Assembly (NCBI GenBank): GCA_964016885.1
Contig: OZ024745.1
Location: 121,272,001-121,336,000, forward strand
DNA: 64,000 bases
Reading direction: 5' to 3'
From: Eledone cirrhosa
Taxonomy: Eukaryota
Below, one piece after another: positions 12,245 to 26,889 of the stretch. The stretch's first letter is position 1; every line of letters begins with the position of its first letter. A program made the position numbers and the translations under genes. Under the pieces are notes generated by a model. That model was not told the origin of the DNA. It saw only the letters and a program-made list of their open reading frames with translations, and searched no databases.

Positions 12245-15200
12245 TGGATGGACTCTACCAGTAATTCCATAGGCTATTGGGGAGCTGATGGATGGACTCT
12301 ACCAGTAATTCCATAGGCTATTGGGGAGCTGATGGATGGACTCTACCAGTAATTCCATAGGCTATTGGGGAGCTGATGGGTGGACTCTACCAGTAATTCC
12401 ATAGGCTATTGGGGAGCTGATGGATGGACTCTACCAGTAATTCCATAGGCTATTGGGGAGCTGATGGATGGACTCTACCAGTAATTCCATAGGCTATTGG
12501 GGAGCTGATGGATGGACTCTACCAGTAATTCCATAGGCTATTGGGGAGCTGATGGATGGACTCTACCAGTAATTCCATAGACTCTTTGGGAGATGATGGA
12601 TGGACTCTACCAGTAATTCCATAGGCTATTGGGGAGCTGATGGATGGACTCTACCAGTAATTCCATAGGCTATTGGGGAGCTGATGGGTGGACTCTACCA
12701 GTAATTCCATAGGCTATTGGGGAGCTGATGGATGGACTCTACCAGTAATTCCATAGGCTATTGGGGAGCTGATGGATGGACTCTACCAGTAATTCCATAG
12801 GCTATTGGGGAGCTGATGGATGGACTCTACCAGTAATTCCATAGGCTATTGGGGAGCTGATGGGTGGACTCTACCAGTAATTCCATAGGCTATTGGGGAG
12901 CTGATGGATGGACTCTACCAGTAATTCCATAGGCTATTGGGGAGCTGATGGATGGACTCTACCAGTAATTCCATAGGCTATTGGGGAGCTGATGGATGGA
13001 CTCTACCAGTAATTCCATAGGCTATTGGGGAGCTGATGGATGGACTCTACCAGTAATTCCATAGGCTATTGGGGAGCTGATGGATGGACTCTACCAGTAA
13101 TTCCATAGGCTATTGGGGAGCTGATGGATGGACTCTACCAGTAATTCCATAGGCTATTGGGGAGCTGATGGGTGGACTCTACCAGTAATTCCATAGGCTA
13201 TTGGGGAGCTGATGGATGGACTCTACCAGTAATTCCATAGGCTATTGGGGAGCTGATGGATGGACTCTACCAGTAATTCCATAGGCTATTGGGGAGCTGA
13301 TGGATGGACTCTACCAGTAATTCCATAGGCTATTGGGGAGCTGATGGATGGACTCTACCAGTAATTCCATAGGCTATTGGGGAGCTGATGGGTGGACTCT
13401 ACCAGTAATTCCATAGGCTATTGGGGAGCTGATGGATGGACTCTACCAGTAATTCCATAGGCTATTGGGGAGCTGAGGGATGGACTCTACCAGTAATTCC
13501 ATAGGCTATTGGGGAGCTGATGGGTGGACTCTACCAGTAATTCCATAGGCTATTGGGGAGCTGATGGGTGGACTCTACCAGTAATTCCATAGGCTATTGG
13601 GGAGCTGATGGATGGACTCTACCAGTAATTCCATAGGCTATTGGGGAGCTGATGGGTGGACTCTACCAGTAATTCCATAGGCTATTGGGGAGCTGATGGG
13701 TGGACTCTACCAGTAATTCCATAGACTATTGGGGAGCTGATGGGTGGACTCTACCAGTAATTCCATAGGCTATTGGGGAGCTGATGGGTGGACTCTACCA
13801 GTAATTCCATAGACTATTGGGGAGCTGATGGGTGGACTCTACCAGTAATTCCATAGACTATTGGGGAGCTGATGGGTGGACTCTACCAGTAATTCCATAG
13901 ACTATTGGGGAGCTGATGGGTGGACTCTACCAGTAATTCCATAGGCTATTGGGGAGCTGATGGATGGACTCTACCAGTAATTCCATAGGCTATTGGGGAG
14001 CTGATGGATGGACTCTACCAGTAATTCCATAGGCTATTGGGGAGCTGATGGATGGACTCTACCAGTAATTCCATAGGCTATTGGGGAGCTCATGGGTGGA
14101 CTCTACCAGTAATTCCATAGGCTATTGGGGAGCTGATGGATGGACTCTACCAGTAATTCCATAGGCTATTGGGGAGCTGATGGATGGACTCTACCAGTAA
14201 TTCCATAGACTCTTTGGGAGATGATGGATGGACTCTACCAGTAATTCCATAGGCTATTGGGGAGCTGATGGATGGACTCTACCAGTAATTCCATAGGCTA
14301 TTGGGGAGCTGATGGGTGGACTCTACCAGTAATTCCATAGGCTATTGGGGAGCTGATGGATGGACTCTACCAGTAATTCCATAGGCTATTGGGGAGCTGA
14401 TGGATGGACTCTACCAGTAATTCCATAGGCTATTGGGGAGCTGATGGATGGACTCTACCAGTAATTCCATAGGCTATTGGGGAGCTGATGGGTGGACTCT
14501 ACCAGTAATTCCATAGGCTATTGGGGAGCTGATGGATGGACTCTACCAGTAATTCCATAGGCTATTGGGGAGCTGATGGATGGACTCTACCAGTAATTCC
14601 ATAGGCTATTGGGGAGCTGATGGATGGACTCTACCAGTAATTCCATAGGCTATTGGGGAGCTGATGGATGGACTCTACCAGTAATTCCATAGGCTATTGG
14701 GGAGCTGATGGATGGACTCTACCAGTAATTCCATAGGCTATTGGGGAGCTGATGGATGGACTCTACCAGTAATTCCATAGGCTATTGGGGAGCTGATGGG
14801 TGGACTCTACCAGTAATTCCATAGGCTATTGGGGAGCTGATGGATGGACTCTACCAGTAATTCCATAGGCTATTGGGGAGCTGATGGATGGACTCTACCA
14901 GTAATTCCATAGGCTATTGGGGAGCTGATGGATGGACTCTACCAGTAATTCCATAGGCTATTGGGGAGCTGATGGATGGACTCTACCAGTAATTCCATAG
15001 GCTATTGGGGAGCTGATGGGTGGACTCTACCAGTAATTCCATAGGCTATTGGGGAGCTGATGGATGGACTCTACCAGTAATTCCATAGGCTATTGGGGAG
15101 CTGAGGGATGGACTCTACCAGTAATTCCATAGGCTATTGGGGAGCTGATGGGTGGACTCTACCAGTAATTCCATAGGCTATTGGGGAGCTGATGGGTGGA

Positions 15201-16280
15201 CTCTACCAGTAATTCCATAGGCTATTGGGGAGCTGATGGATGGACTCTACCAGTAATTCCATAGGCTATTGGGGAGCTGATGGGTGGACTCTACCAGTAA
15301 TTCCATAGGCTATTGGGGAGCTGATGGGTGGACTCTACCAGTAATTCCATAGACTATTGGGGAGCTGATGGGTGGACTCTACCAGTAATTCCATAGGCTA
15401 TTGGGGAGCTGATGGGTGGACTCTACCAGTAATTCCATAGACTATTGGGGAGCTGATGGGTGGACTCTACCAGTAATTCCATAGACTATTGGGGAGCTGA
15501 TGGGTGGACTCTACCAGTAATTCCATAGACTATTGGGGAGCTGATGGGTGTACTCTACCAGTAATTCCATAGGCTATTGGGGAGCTGATGGATGGACTCT
15601 ACCAGTAATTCCATAGGCTATTGGGGAGCTCATGGATGGACTCTACCAGTAATTCCATAGGCTATTGGGGAGCTGATGGATGGACTCTACCAGTAATTCC
15701 ATAGGCTATTGGGGAGCTCATGGATGGACTCTACCAGTAATTCCATAGGCTATTGGGGAGCTGATGGATGGACTCTACCAGTAATTCCATAGGCTATTGG
15801 GGAGCTCATGGGTGGACTCTACCAGTAATTCCATAGGCTATTGGGGAGCTGATGGATGGACTCTACCAGTAATTCCATAGACTATTGGGGAGCTGATGGG
15901 TGGACTCTACCAGTAATTCCATAGACTCTTTGGGAGATGATGGATGGACTCTACCAGTAATTCCATAGACTATTGGGGAGCTGATGGATGGACTCTACCA
16001 GTAATTCCATAGGCTATTGGGGAGCTGAGGGATGGACTCTACCAGTAATTCCATAGGCTATTGGGGAGCTGATGGATGGACTCTACCAGTAATTCCATAG
16101 ACTCTTTGGGAGATGATGGATGGACTCTACCAGTAATTCCATAGGCTATTGGGGAGCTGATGGGTGGACTCTACCAGTAATTCCATAGGCTATTGGGGAG
16201 CTGATGGGTGGACTCTACCAGTAATTCCATAGGCTATTGGGGGGCTGATGGGTGGACTCTACCAGTAATTCCATAGGCTA
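12245..16280. repeat. 44-bp satellite, ~92 copies, with a 1628-bp higher-order duplication
   Basis: Unit TGGATGGACTCTACCAGTAATTCCATAGGCTATTGGGGAGCTGA. Diagnostic variants recur at 12581/14209 and 13473/15101. Confidence 0.97.
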
Positions 16281-16455
16281 ATCTCGTCACACGTGAATCT
16301 CTCTGCGGATTCTGCTAAGTGTTCATGTCTGTAAAATGCTCAGACACTTAGACAGTAAGTTCACGAACAGGTTGTTCTGTCGAAACTCAAGTAGTGTGTG
16401 TCTCTTCCATTGTATTGGACACCAGTACTTCGATTTTTCACAGGTGCATCTATGT

Positions 16456-16486
<31 letters not shown>

Positions 16487-16487
16487 C

Positions 16488-16518
<31 letters not shown>

Positions 16519-16540
16519 ATACATATATATATATATATAT

Positions 16541-16727
16541 AATTGTTTCTACTTTAGGCACAAGGCCAGCAATTACCCAGTGCATTACTGGTACTTTATT
16601 TTATCGACCCCGTAAGGATGAAAGGCAAAGTCAACCTCGGCGGGATTTGAACTCAGATCATACAGGGACGTAACTATGCTGGAAAGCATGGCGTCCGACT
16701 CTCTACCGATACTGCCAATCCGCCGCC
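16541..16727 (-). mobile_element. SINE A full copy
   Basis: Near-identical to 5726-5908 and 47183-47365. Confidence 0.9.
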
Positions 16728-16845
16728 CAATATATGTATTATATATATGTATTATATATATTATTATATATATGTATTATATATATATTATTATATATAT
16801 TATTATATATATGTATTATATATATATAATACATATATATATATA

Positions 16846-16976
<131 letters not shown>

Positions 16977-16987
16977 CATATATATAT

Positions 16988-17086
<99 letters not shown>

Positions 17087-17093
17087 CATATAT

Positions 17094-17151
<58 letters not shown>

Positions 17152-17154
17152 ACA

Positions 17155-17454
17155 CTGAGGATGAAAAACTCAGAGCTGTATGGGAGCATCCCAAAAGTCA
17201 GCTCAAAAGTGACACAGAGGAGACTGAGGTTGGCTGGACATGCTCACCGACATCCAGAGTTGACATTGCATTCAGTACTCCTTTGGGAGCCCCTACATGG
17301 ACACACTAGAAGAGGAAGACCAAGGTTAACGTATGTTGATGCCCTAAGGACAGACACTGGTCTGTTGGAGACGCAGGACATGGCAGCGATAATGAGGGAC
17401 AGAGACCGCCGGAGAGAACTCGTCCATGGATCTCGGGAATTTTACCCGCCTTAG
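17155..17454 (+). pseudogene. RTE-clade LINE 3' end
   Basis: [45 protein letters not shown], the typical RTE ORF C-terminus, 5'-truncated. Confidence 0.85.
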
Positions 17455-17476
17455 ATATATATATATATATATATGT

Positions 17477-17883
17477 AAAGTTATATTTAAAATTGTTGGG
17501 TTACAACTAGTAAATATTTATAACTGATATAAAAGCACTCGACAAATACTTGGAGTATATTTACAATATTAAATAAATGGAAAACTATATTTATAAAACC
17601 ATATTTATTTCATTATATATATTTCGGGGATATCATATTAACAATATGCTATGCCTTCATCAGACAAAATACAATATAAACAGTTTTATAGATAAATATA
17701 TTCGAGTGAACCTCTTCAAATGAAGTTGATGTTTATTACGGTATGTCGAATATATTTATCTATAAAACTGTTTATATTGTATTTTGTCTGATGAAGGCAT
17801 AGCATATTGTTAATATGATATCCCCGAAATATATATAATGAAATAAATATGGTTTTATAAATATAGTTTTCCATTTATTTAAT

Positions 17884-17889
<6 letters not shown>
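17477..17889. mobile_element. Hammerhead-bearing inverted-arm mini-element (PLE pLTR-like)
   Basis: 144-bp inverted arms 17562-17705 and 17746-17889. Each carries TTTTGT-CTGATGA-stem II-GAAA-TATATA-TA-ATGAAA (plus copy: CTGATGA 17788, GAAA 17826). Flanked by (AT)n. Confidence 0.8.
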
Positions 17890-17978
<89 letters not shown>

Positions 17979-18179
17979 TAAAATAACAGATTAAAGTTTA
18001 AGCAAAGAATCGCTGCTTTTACCCGTAACGGGATCTTTTGAGCCCTTTTCGGATTTTAGTCTTACATTTGTTATTATCACTATATATATACATGTATATG
18101 TGTGTGTGCGTGTATACATATATATGTGTGTGTATATGTATATATGCATATGTGTATATATATGTGTGTGTGTATGTAC

Positions 18180-18267
<88 letters not shown>

Positions 18268-18291
18268 AGATACATACATGTATGTATATAC

Positions 18292-18441
18292 GACCCTGAT
18301 GGAGTTGTAGGGTTGCCACGGTGACACAAAGCGTGTCTTGGAGATTTTAAACCCGGCGAAGCTCATGCCTCACCAGGTCTGAACGCAGACGATTCTTCTA
18401 GCGGATTTCTTCTTCTTCTTCTTCTTCTTCTTCTTCTTCTT

Positions 18442-18539
<98 letters not shown>

Positions 18540-18758
18540 GAATGAGTTAGAGAAAGAGACTGAGAGAGAATAGGTAGAGCGATAAGGAGGGTGTGAGAAT
18601 GAGATACAGAGGGAGAATCGACCCAGAACTGGACTGGTACTTTTTTTTTTATCGGCCTCGAAAGGATGAAAGGCAAAATTAACTTCGGCGGATGTGAATT
18701 CACTGCGTGGGGGACCGGAAGTAATATCCGACGTTCAATGACTGCCAATTCACCGCCT
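18292..18758 (-). mobile_element. SINE A long-tail subfamily, interrupted by (GA)n/(TTC)n
   Basis: Head/core 18620-18758 plus a tail homologous to 35711-35830, 29200-29310 and 63615-63725. Confidence 0.7.
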
Positions 18759-19362
18759 ACATATGTATATATGTTTATGAAATATTGATTTCCAGCATTA
18801 GTGTATATCTGTAATATTTTTAGGACAATAGGACAACGGCTTGAGGTTTGAATCGATTCGAGTCTATACTAAATACAACGAGGGATTTCATCGGCGCTCT
18901 ACTGTCTCAACTAAATATATTTTTTATTTTTCATTTCTGGCACAAACAGATGGAAGAAGAAGCGGTACTTTAATAGTTTTTTTTTCTAATTTTTTAAGAG
19001 TAGGCGTAATGTTGGACCTCCGTCGGTTACGAGGACGAGTGTTGTAGTTGGTCGAATAACGGAAAAGCCTATTCGTGAAATTAACGTACAAGTATCTGAA
19101 TATTCCATAGATATATGTACCTTTAACATAGTTCTCAGGGAGATTCAGCGTGGCATAAGGTATGATAAAGCTGAACCTTAAAATTACAGGGATAACTCGT
19201 TTTTGAGTGGACTGGAGTAACGGAAATAAAGTGTCTTGCCCAAGGACAGACGGTACCTCTGAGAGTCAAACACACTAACCACTAAGCAATTCACCTTTAC
19301 GTGTACGTAGTATAAGGAAGGTGAAATAGCGAAACAACCCACAGATTTTACTCTCTCGGTGA

Positions 19363-19684
<322 letters not shown>

Positions 19685-19949
19685 ACAAATCCCACAAACA
19701 AAAATTTGGTCATTCCGAGACTAGGGTAAAAGAGACTTGTCCAAGGTGCCACGTGATTGTAAAGTGAACATGTTCATGCTACTCCTGCTTACTTTATTTT
19801 AAATTCAAATGTGGCCGGTTTTGACTTTGTTTTTCAGGTTTCCACGTTCGATAAAATAAATTCCCTCTAAATACTATTATACTTGATACCATCAATTACA
19901 CCAACCTCTCCCTCCCACACATTGAGGGAATAGATCAAATAAAATGGAA

Positions 19950-20905
19950 ATAATGGCTTCTTATATAGGCACAAGGTCAGCAATTTTTTTGGGGGGGAGG
20001 GCAAAGACGATTAAATCGACCCCAGTGTGTGACTGGTACTTTATTTTATCGACCCCGTAAGGATGAAAGGCAAAGTTAACCTCAGCAGGATTTGAACTCA
20101 GATCATAAAGGGCCATAACTCTATGCTGCAAAGCATGGCGTCCGACCCTCTACCCAAACTGCCAATCCAACAGAGATGTGTTATAAAATGAAATCCTGAT
20201 GTGTTAGGGGGAAATGGATGCCATATTTGAATTCAGCACCTCAAAATTAGTTAAAAACAACAACAAAACCTAAGTCAGCAAAAAGTGTTTTGACCGATGT
20301 AATTTGTTTTTCGTATTTTCAATAATCATTATCAAGCATATATCTATTAAATAACGATAACTTTGTTCTACACATCTATTGGTAGCCGGTAATTTCACTC
20401 CCGGTATTTTGACCGACAGTCCATTTCACTCTCGATATGGGGGAAAAAGAAAACCTTAAAATTCGTCATCGGGAGAAGGTCGGACGCCATGCTTTCCAGC
20501 ACAGTTACGTCCCTTTACAATCTGAGTTTAAATCCCGCCGAGGTTAACTTTCCCGTTCATCTTTACGGGGTCGATAAAATAAAGTACCAGTCACGTACTG
20601 GGTCGATTTAATCGACTTTCGCCTCCCCCAAAATTGCTGGCCTTGTGCCTATATAAGAAACCATTATTTATCATTAAAGGCGGTGGATTGGCAGTATCGG
20701 TAGAGCGTCAGACGCCATGATTTGCAGCATAGAGTTACGGTCCTTTCCGGTATGAGTTCAAATCCCGCCGAGGTTAACTTTGCCTTTCATCGTTACGGGG
20801 TCGATAAAATAAAGTACCAGTAACGTACTGGGGGGGTCGATTTAATCAACTTTTCCCTTCCCCCCGAATTACTGACCTTGTGCCTATAGTAGAAATCATT
20901 ATTAT
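19950..20905. mobile_element. Cluster of three SINE A copies (19950-20170 -, 20470-20670 +, 20679-20905 +)
   Basis: Head/core/tail identity with the family; these copies carry the extra GGGTCGATTTAATCGAC segment. Confidence 0.85.
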
Positions 20906-20943
20906 TATTTATTATCAGTGTTTGTTTTGAACTGGTAATAATA

Positions 20944-21010
<67 letters not shown>

Positions 21011-21537
21011 AATTACTTTTGTGAAATTATAAATCAGTAAACTATTCCTTTTTAATAGCTTCGGTCATTTATTAAATCTATTTGATATAATTTGTGTTGT
21101 GTAAATACATACGGTTCCTACTTCTCTCCCTCCGATCTCTGTCTGTTTATCTAATTTGTTCGTTTTGTCAAACACACATCATACGAGCAGTAATACTTAA
21201 TTTCTGCTGCACGAGCCGGCAATTATTCGTAGTCACGTCCATTTTAAATCGAGTGAAACTACATTCCGGTATGAGGGCTGATGACGTAACATTATGTTTG
21301 TGTGATTTTGTCTCGTTCATTTTCAATTTCTCCATTTTCTTCTTTTGCTACTCTCTCCCTATCACTTCTGCATGCCAATACACTTCTAGCCATTTATTCC
21401 TGTCTTTTGGGGTAATATTTAAACCGACGCCGTCATTGGCGGCATTTTGCTGTTTTGGCAGCCATCGTTGCGTTGAGTTTTTCTCATTATTCTATGAATT
21501 AATACACTTGCGCCTCAACATGATTTTCGAGAAAACT

Positions 21538-21601
<64 letters not shown>

Positions 21602-21887
21602 CTTAAAAAAACATATTGACCTTTAATACTTGGTGGTGTTCCTAATTAAACTGCGATTTTCACGGGGACATCTAATATATGCATGGATATTTTTTATCCA
21701 GAAAAATGTTTGATCCCATTGCCGTATTTGGAATAATAGTCAACTTATAAATAAGGTGCAGGTGTTGCCAATAAGTTTAGTTCATAACCACGTGCTTTCA
21801 GGTTCAACCCTACCTGTATCTTCCACTATAGTCACGGGTTGATCAATACATTGAGAATGAAATTTGGTAGACAGAAACTGAGTGGTT

Positions 21888-21975
<88 letters not shown>

Positions 21976-22077
21976 ATATATTAATGCTATCGTGCAATGC
22001 CTGTGAATGAAGATTTTTTTAAAGTGAGGAAAGACTGTGCTCTGAGCCAATCCCAGTCTCGGAGCGAAAGTAGCTAT

Positions 22078-22132
<55 letters not shown>

Positions 22133-22315
22133 ATAAGGAGTTGACGGTCCCAGCATATTTATCAATGCCAGTACCGGTTGTATCACAGCGCACTCAATGG
22201 GTAATGTAAGATACATTACCAGAGTATACACATAGTTATTTGCCTCAACACAACACACGTAAAACAGGTGCCTATAAGGTTCCCGGACTCGAGTTTCTGC
22301 AGCACTAATGCAGCA

Positions 22316-22373
<58 letters not shown>

Positions 22374-22898
22374 TCACCTCTACCTACATATACACACTCT
22401 TAATATATAGACGTATATATAGATATACACCCACTTTGGTAATAATTACATTCTCAATGGTAGTGATACTGATACTTGGAATAATGATATATATTTGTAT
22501 TTTTATATGTGGGTTTGTATCTGTATGTATATGTGTGTGTGTATATATATATATATATGTATTTGTACATATGTGTATATGAGTGTATGTATTTGTATGT
22601 GGTTATGTATGTTTTTATGTGAATGTATGTGTTTATATATATGTATATATATAAATATATATGTTCATGTATGTATATATCTATATTTGTATAAATATAT
22701 ATATGTGTGTGCGTGTGTGTGTGTGTCTGTGCGTGTGTGTCTGTGCGTGTGTGTGTATGTGTGTGTGTCTGTCTGTGTGTGTGTATTTATGTACACGTTT
22801 GTGTCTTTATTTTTCCTTCTCTTTTATATCTTTTATAATTTCTATCAAGTTTATATTTTCCTCTTCTTATATTTATCATATAAATTATTTTTAAAATT

Positions 22899-23740
22899 AG
22901 TTTCTATAGTAATGTGATATAGTAATATATTATAGTAATGTGCTATAGTTTCTATAGTAATGTGCTACAGGTTCTATAGTAATGTGCTATAGTTTCTATA
23001 GTAATGTGCCATAGTAATGTGCTATAGTTTCTATAGTAATGTGATATAGTAATATATTATAGTAATGTGCTATAGTTTCTATAGTAATGTGCTACAGTAA
23101 TGTGCTATAGTTTCTATAGTAATGTAATATAGTAATGTATTATAGTAATGTGCTATAGTTTCTATAGTAATGTGCTACAGGTTCTATAGTAATGTGCTAT
23201 AGTTTCTATAGTAATGTGCCATAGTAATGTGCTATAGTAATGTGCTATAGTTTCTATAGTAATGTGATATAGTAATGTATTATAGTAATGTGCTATAGTT
23301 TCTATAGTAATGTGCTATAGTAATGTGCTATAGTAATGTGATATAGTAATGTATTATAGTAATGTGCTATAGTTTCTATAGTAATGTGCTATATTTTCTA
23401 TTATAATGTGTTATAGTAATGTGTTTCTACTTTTGGCACAAGGCCAGCAATTATCCCAGTGCATTACTGGTACTTTATTTTATCGATCCCGTAAGGATGA
23501 AAGGCAAAGTTAACCTCGGCGGGATTTGAACTCAGAATGACAAGGGCCGTAACTCTATGCGTCAAAGTATGGCGTCCGACTCTCTACCGATACTGCCAAT
23601 CCATCATAATAATGTGCTATAGTTTCTATAGTAATGTGCTATATTTTCTATAGTAATGTGCTATATTTACTATAGTAATGTGCTATAGTAATGTGCTATA
23701 TTTGCTATAGTAATGTGCTATAGTTGCTATAGTAATGTGT
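22899..23740. repeat. TATAGTAATGTGC/TATAGTTTC minisatellite interrupted by SINE A (23423-23605, -)
   Basis: Direct inspection; the array resumes after the SINE. Confidence 0.9.
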
Positions 23741-23899
23741 TAGGGTTGTTTGACATTGTATTTCTGTAGTTGAACAACATCGATTTTCTATACATAATGG
23801 CGTCATTTCCAATGTTTTTAAAAAATGTAAACATTTTTTGTAACTGCTGGCTGTTGATTACTTTGGTGACATTATAAGAAGGATTTATTATTAAATAAC

Positions 23900-23944
23900 T
23901 GGTTTTGAAAAGTCCCAGGAAGGGGATGAAACGTTCGTAAATCA
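23900..23944 (+). ncRNA. Type-I hammerhead ribozyme, U3-A8 core variant
   Basis: TGGTT-TTGAAAA-GTCCC(AGGAAG)GGGAT-GAAA-CGTTCG-TA-AATCA. Confidence 0.65.
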
Positions 23945-24299
23945 CCATTTAATGTATTAATTGTATTTGGTATGTATTTTAATGAAACCTGTTCCCGAGA
24001 AAACAACCAGTAGAAGACGGAAAACTTTATCAAGACTCAACCAACACCGAGTAGCTTTGACTTCGATGACTCACTGCTATCGGAGAGGAGTTGGCTGCCC
24101 GCAGGTGCGAGCTCCACGAGGTGGGGGGGGGGGGGGGGGCTGTTCCAGTGTGTCTCCAGCGTCCTCCAGGGAAATGTATTCTCCATCCTATCGGCCGGGA
24201 CCCAGAGGTGGAGGGTAAGTTAGTTGGAGGTAGAGGATACTTGTTCAGACGTCACACATTCCCTCTTCCTTCCAGAAGTTATTTCTGGAAAGGAGTTTC

Positions 24300-24330
<31 letters not shown>

Positions 24331-24360
24331 CATACATACATACATACATACATACATACA

Positions 24361-25600
24361 GTCAACGCGATCAGTCGCATATTTTGGCGTGGGAGACTAT
24401 TTATTAAATTTAAGATGAATACTATCTCCGACAGTAATGCCACAACTACAGTCATATTGAATAACTGGTTATTCTTCTAACTATATCTTATGAAGACACC
24501 TTTTATTCGAACACAACATCAACAACAAAATTAAGGAAGTACCGAAGACAAATAACAAGGAAGGTAAACAAACTTTATTCAGTTGTAGCTACAGAAGAAA
24601 CCGAAATTATAAATCGCATTTCTCTTGGAGTTGCGAACTTAATAATAATTTATTTAATAGTTATAAAATGGCAAAAAACAATCCCTCCATTGGCTATATG
24701 AACGGAATGAAGCTACACTGGGACGAAATGCACGCAGAGCAAAATTATTTCACAGCGAAACAATTACGCCAACAAGCGACGTTTGTTGAAGGTAAAAATT
24801 AATTGTAAGTCCCCCACAACAAACATATTATCAACAAGACGTGCTACAGGTCGCCATGCTACTAGACTTCTTAGTAGCCAGGTCGAACAGTGCCTTGAAA
24901 CAACTATGCCTGTAAGAAATTTGACACCACCTGTACCATCTAAGTCTACCTCGAATGCTGGGGAAAACACTATCGATAATAATAATAATCGAAGAAATAA
25001 TAATCGAAGAAATTTGACACCACGTGTACCATCCGAGTCTACCTCGACTGTTGTGGAAAATACTATCGATAATGATAATAATCAAAAGTATAAACAATTG
25101 AAATTTTCCCTCAACGAAATCTTCCAGAGAGAAATTAATTCATGTATAAATATCTCTCTTGCTGAACGTATTAAAACGACAATGTTTAATAAAAAACCAA
25201 ATAATGAAATATTACGTGTTATTGACGAAATAGGGGATGAATATTTACGACGGATAAAAACCCCAACAGTTTGGCAAATCAACGCCTGTTTATATGCCTT
25301 AGTAATGACAGTGAAGCATTATCTTGGTGATAGCAGAGATATTAACAAGAACAAAACACCACCAAAAATACCATCATATATAACTAAAATAGAAAATCAG
25401 CATGCTGACCTACGAAAAACCATAGGATATGTGACAATGCTCCTTACATGCAAACAAACACAAAAAAAAACTCACTCTTCACCAACAAAGAGTGAAAAAT
25501 AAAATAGAGACGATGTTTGGTAACAGTAGAACCAGAGCTCTCCAATATAAGCTGATCACCCTCAAACAAGAATTGAGAGCTGTTAGCGAAACACGCCGAT
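24361..25600 (+). pseudogene. Dong/R4-type non-LTR retrotransposon, N-terminal ORF remnant
   Basis: GYMNGMKLHWDEMH..FTAKQLRQQATFV, then TVWQINACLY..PSYITKIENQ..LRKTIG; begins directly after (TACA)n. Confidence 0.65.
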
Positions 25601-25624
25601 ATATGTATATACATATTTACACAT

Positions 25625-25815
25625 TTTCGGATGGCCGTTGACTCTTGAGTTCTTCCGCCCTTTGTCAGGTTTTATTTTTTGTCTTGCAGGGTGTCCAAAA
25701 TCCTCCTCCCCACCAATAAACTGGGGAGGGGTTGCCGGTTTAGTCGCCGACGAACCGACCATGGGACAGGTTGTGCTGGTTTATATGTTACCAGTAGCAC
25801 TCGAGAGTGACCTGA
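25625..25815 (-). mobile_element. RTE-derived 5' UTR repeat copy
   Basis: Reverse complement of 43533-43725 and 4978-5117. Confidence 0.7.
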
Positions 25816-26889
25816 CATACACATAGGTATACACATACACACATACACATAGGTATATACACGCATATACACATAGGTATATACACACATATACACATAG
25901 GTATATACACACGTATACACATAGGTATATACACACATACACACATAGGTATATATGTAGGTAGAACAAAGTCATCGATGACTTTGTTCTACCTATGTAT
26001 AGTTTTCGTAAAAGTTAATTTCTCTCCCACACGCACACACACACACACACACATACACAAGTACACACACACACAAGCACACACACACAGACACAAGTAC
26101 ATACACGCGCGTGCACACACACACACACACACAAGCACACACACACACAAGCACAGACACACACACACACACACACGCACGCACACATACACACACATGC
26201 ACACAAGCACACACACACACAAGCTCACATACACATACAAGCACACACACACACACACACGTCAATCATATGTGTTTAATTAGTTCGCAGTCTTTGTTTG
26301 GCTGTTAATATTATTAAACTGTGGCCGGTATTTTGTGAATACAAAGTTCGCTCTGCACCATATGGTACCAGTTGCTTCGCCAATGTTTCAGTCTAGTGAA
26401 TTGGTATTCTTTTGGTGACAGGTATACCTATTTTTCATCGTATTGTTTTCATTCTGATCGATCGGAATTAAACTAATATTGTTATCAATTGCCAAATCGA
26501 TCAGAACTCATTAGCATATTCAAAGGCCAATGAATGTGGGTCTTTGATCTACCGCACGACGTTTCTAAGGTTTCTCTGCCTATCTTGTGTTTTAATTAGT
26601 CGAGAAACTTTTTGTTTGCTCTGGTATAAAGTTCTCTTTTTCTCTCTTTCTCTCTACCTATCTAACCGTCTATCTATATGATTTTTTTCTTCCTCTCTCC
26701 CCTTTGTCTCTCTTTCTCTCCACACACCCATTCACACACACACATACACACACGTACGCATACACATACACACACACACATACACACACGTACGCATACA
26801 CATACACACATACACATACACATAGACACATACACATACACATTACGCACATATTGCCTGAAATTAACATTGTTATACAATTATTGGCT

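Noticed and set aside
12245-16280. CRISPR-like array (also 36068-36480 and 47836-48892)
   Set aside because: Head-to-tail units without unique spacers, no cas genes, eukaryotic context
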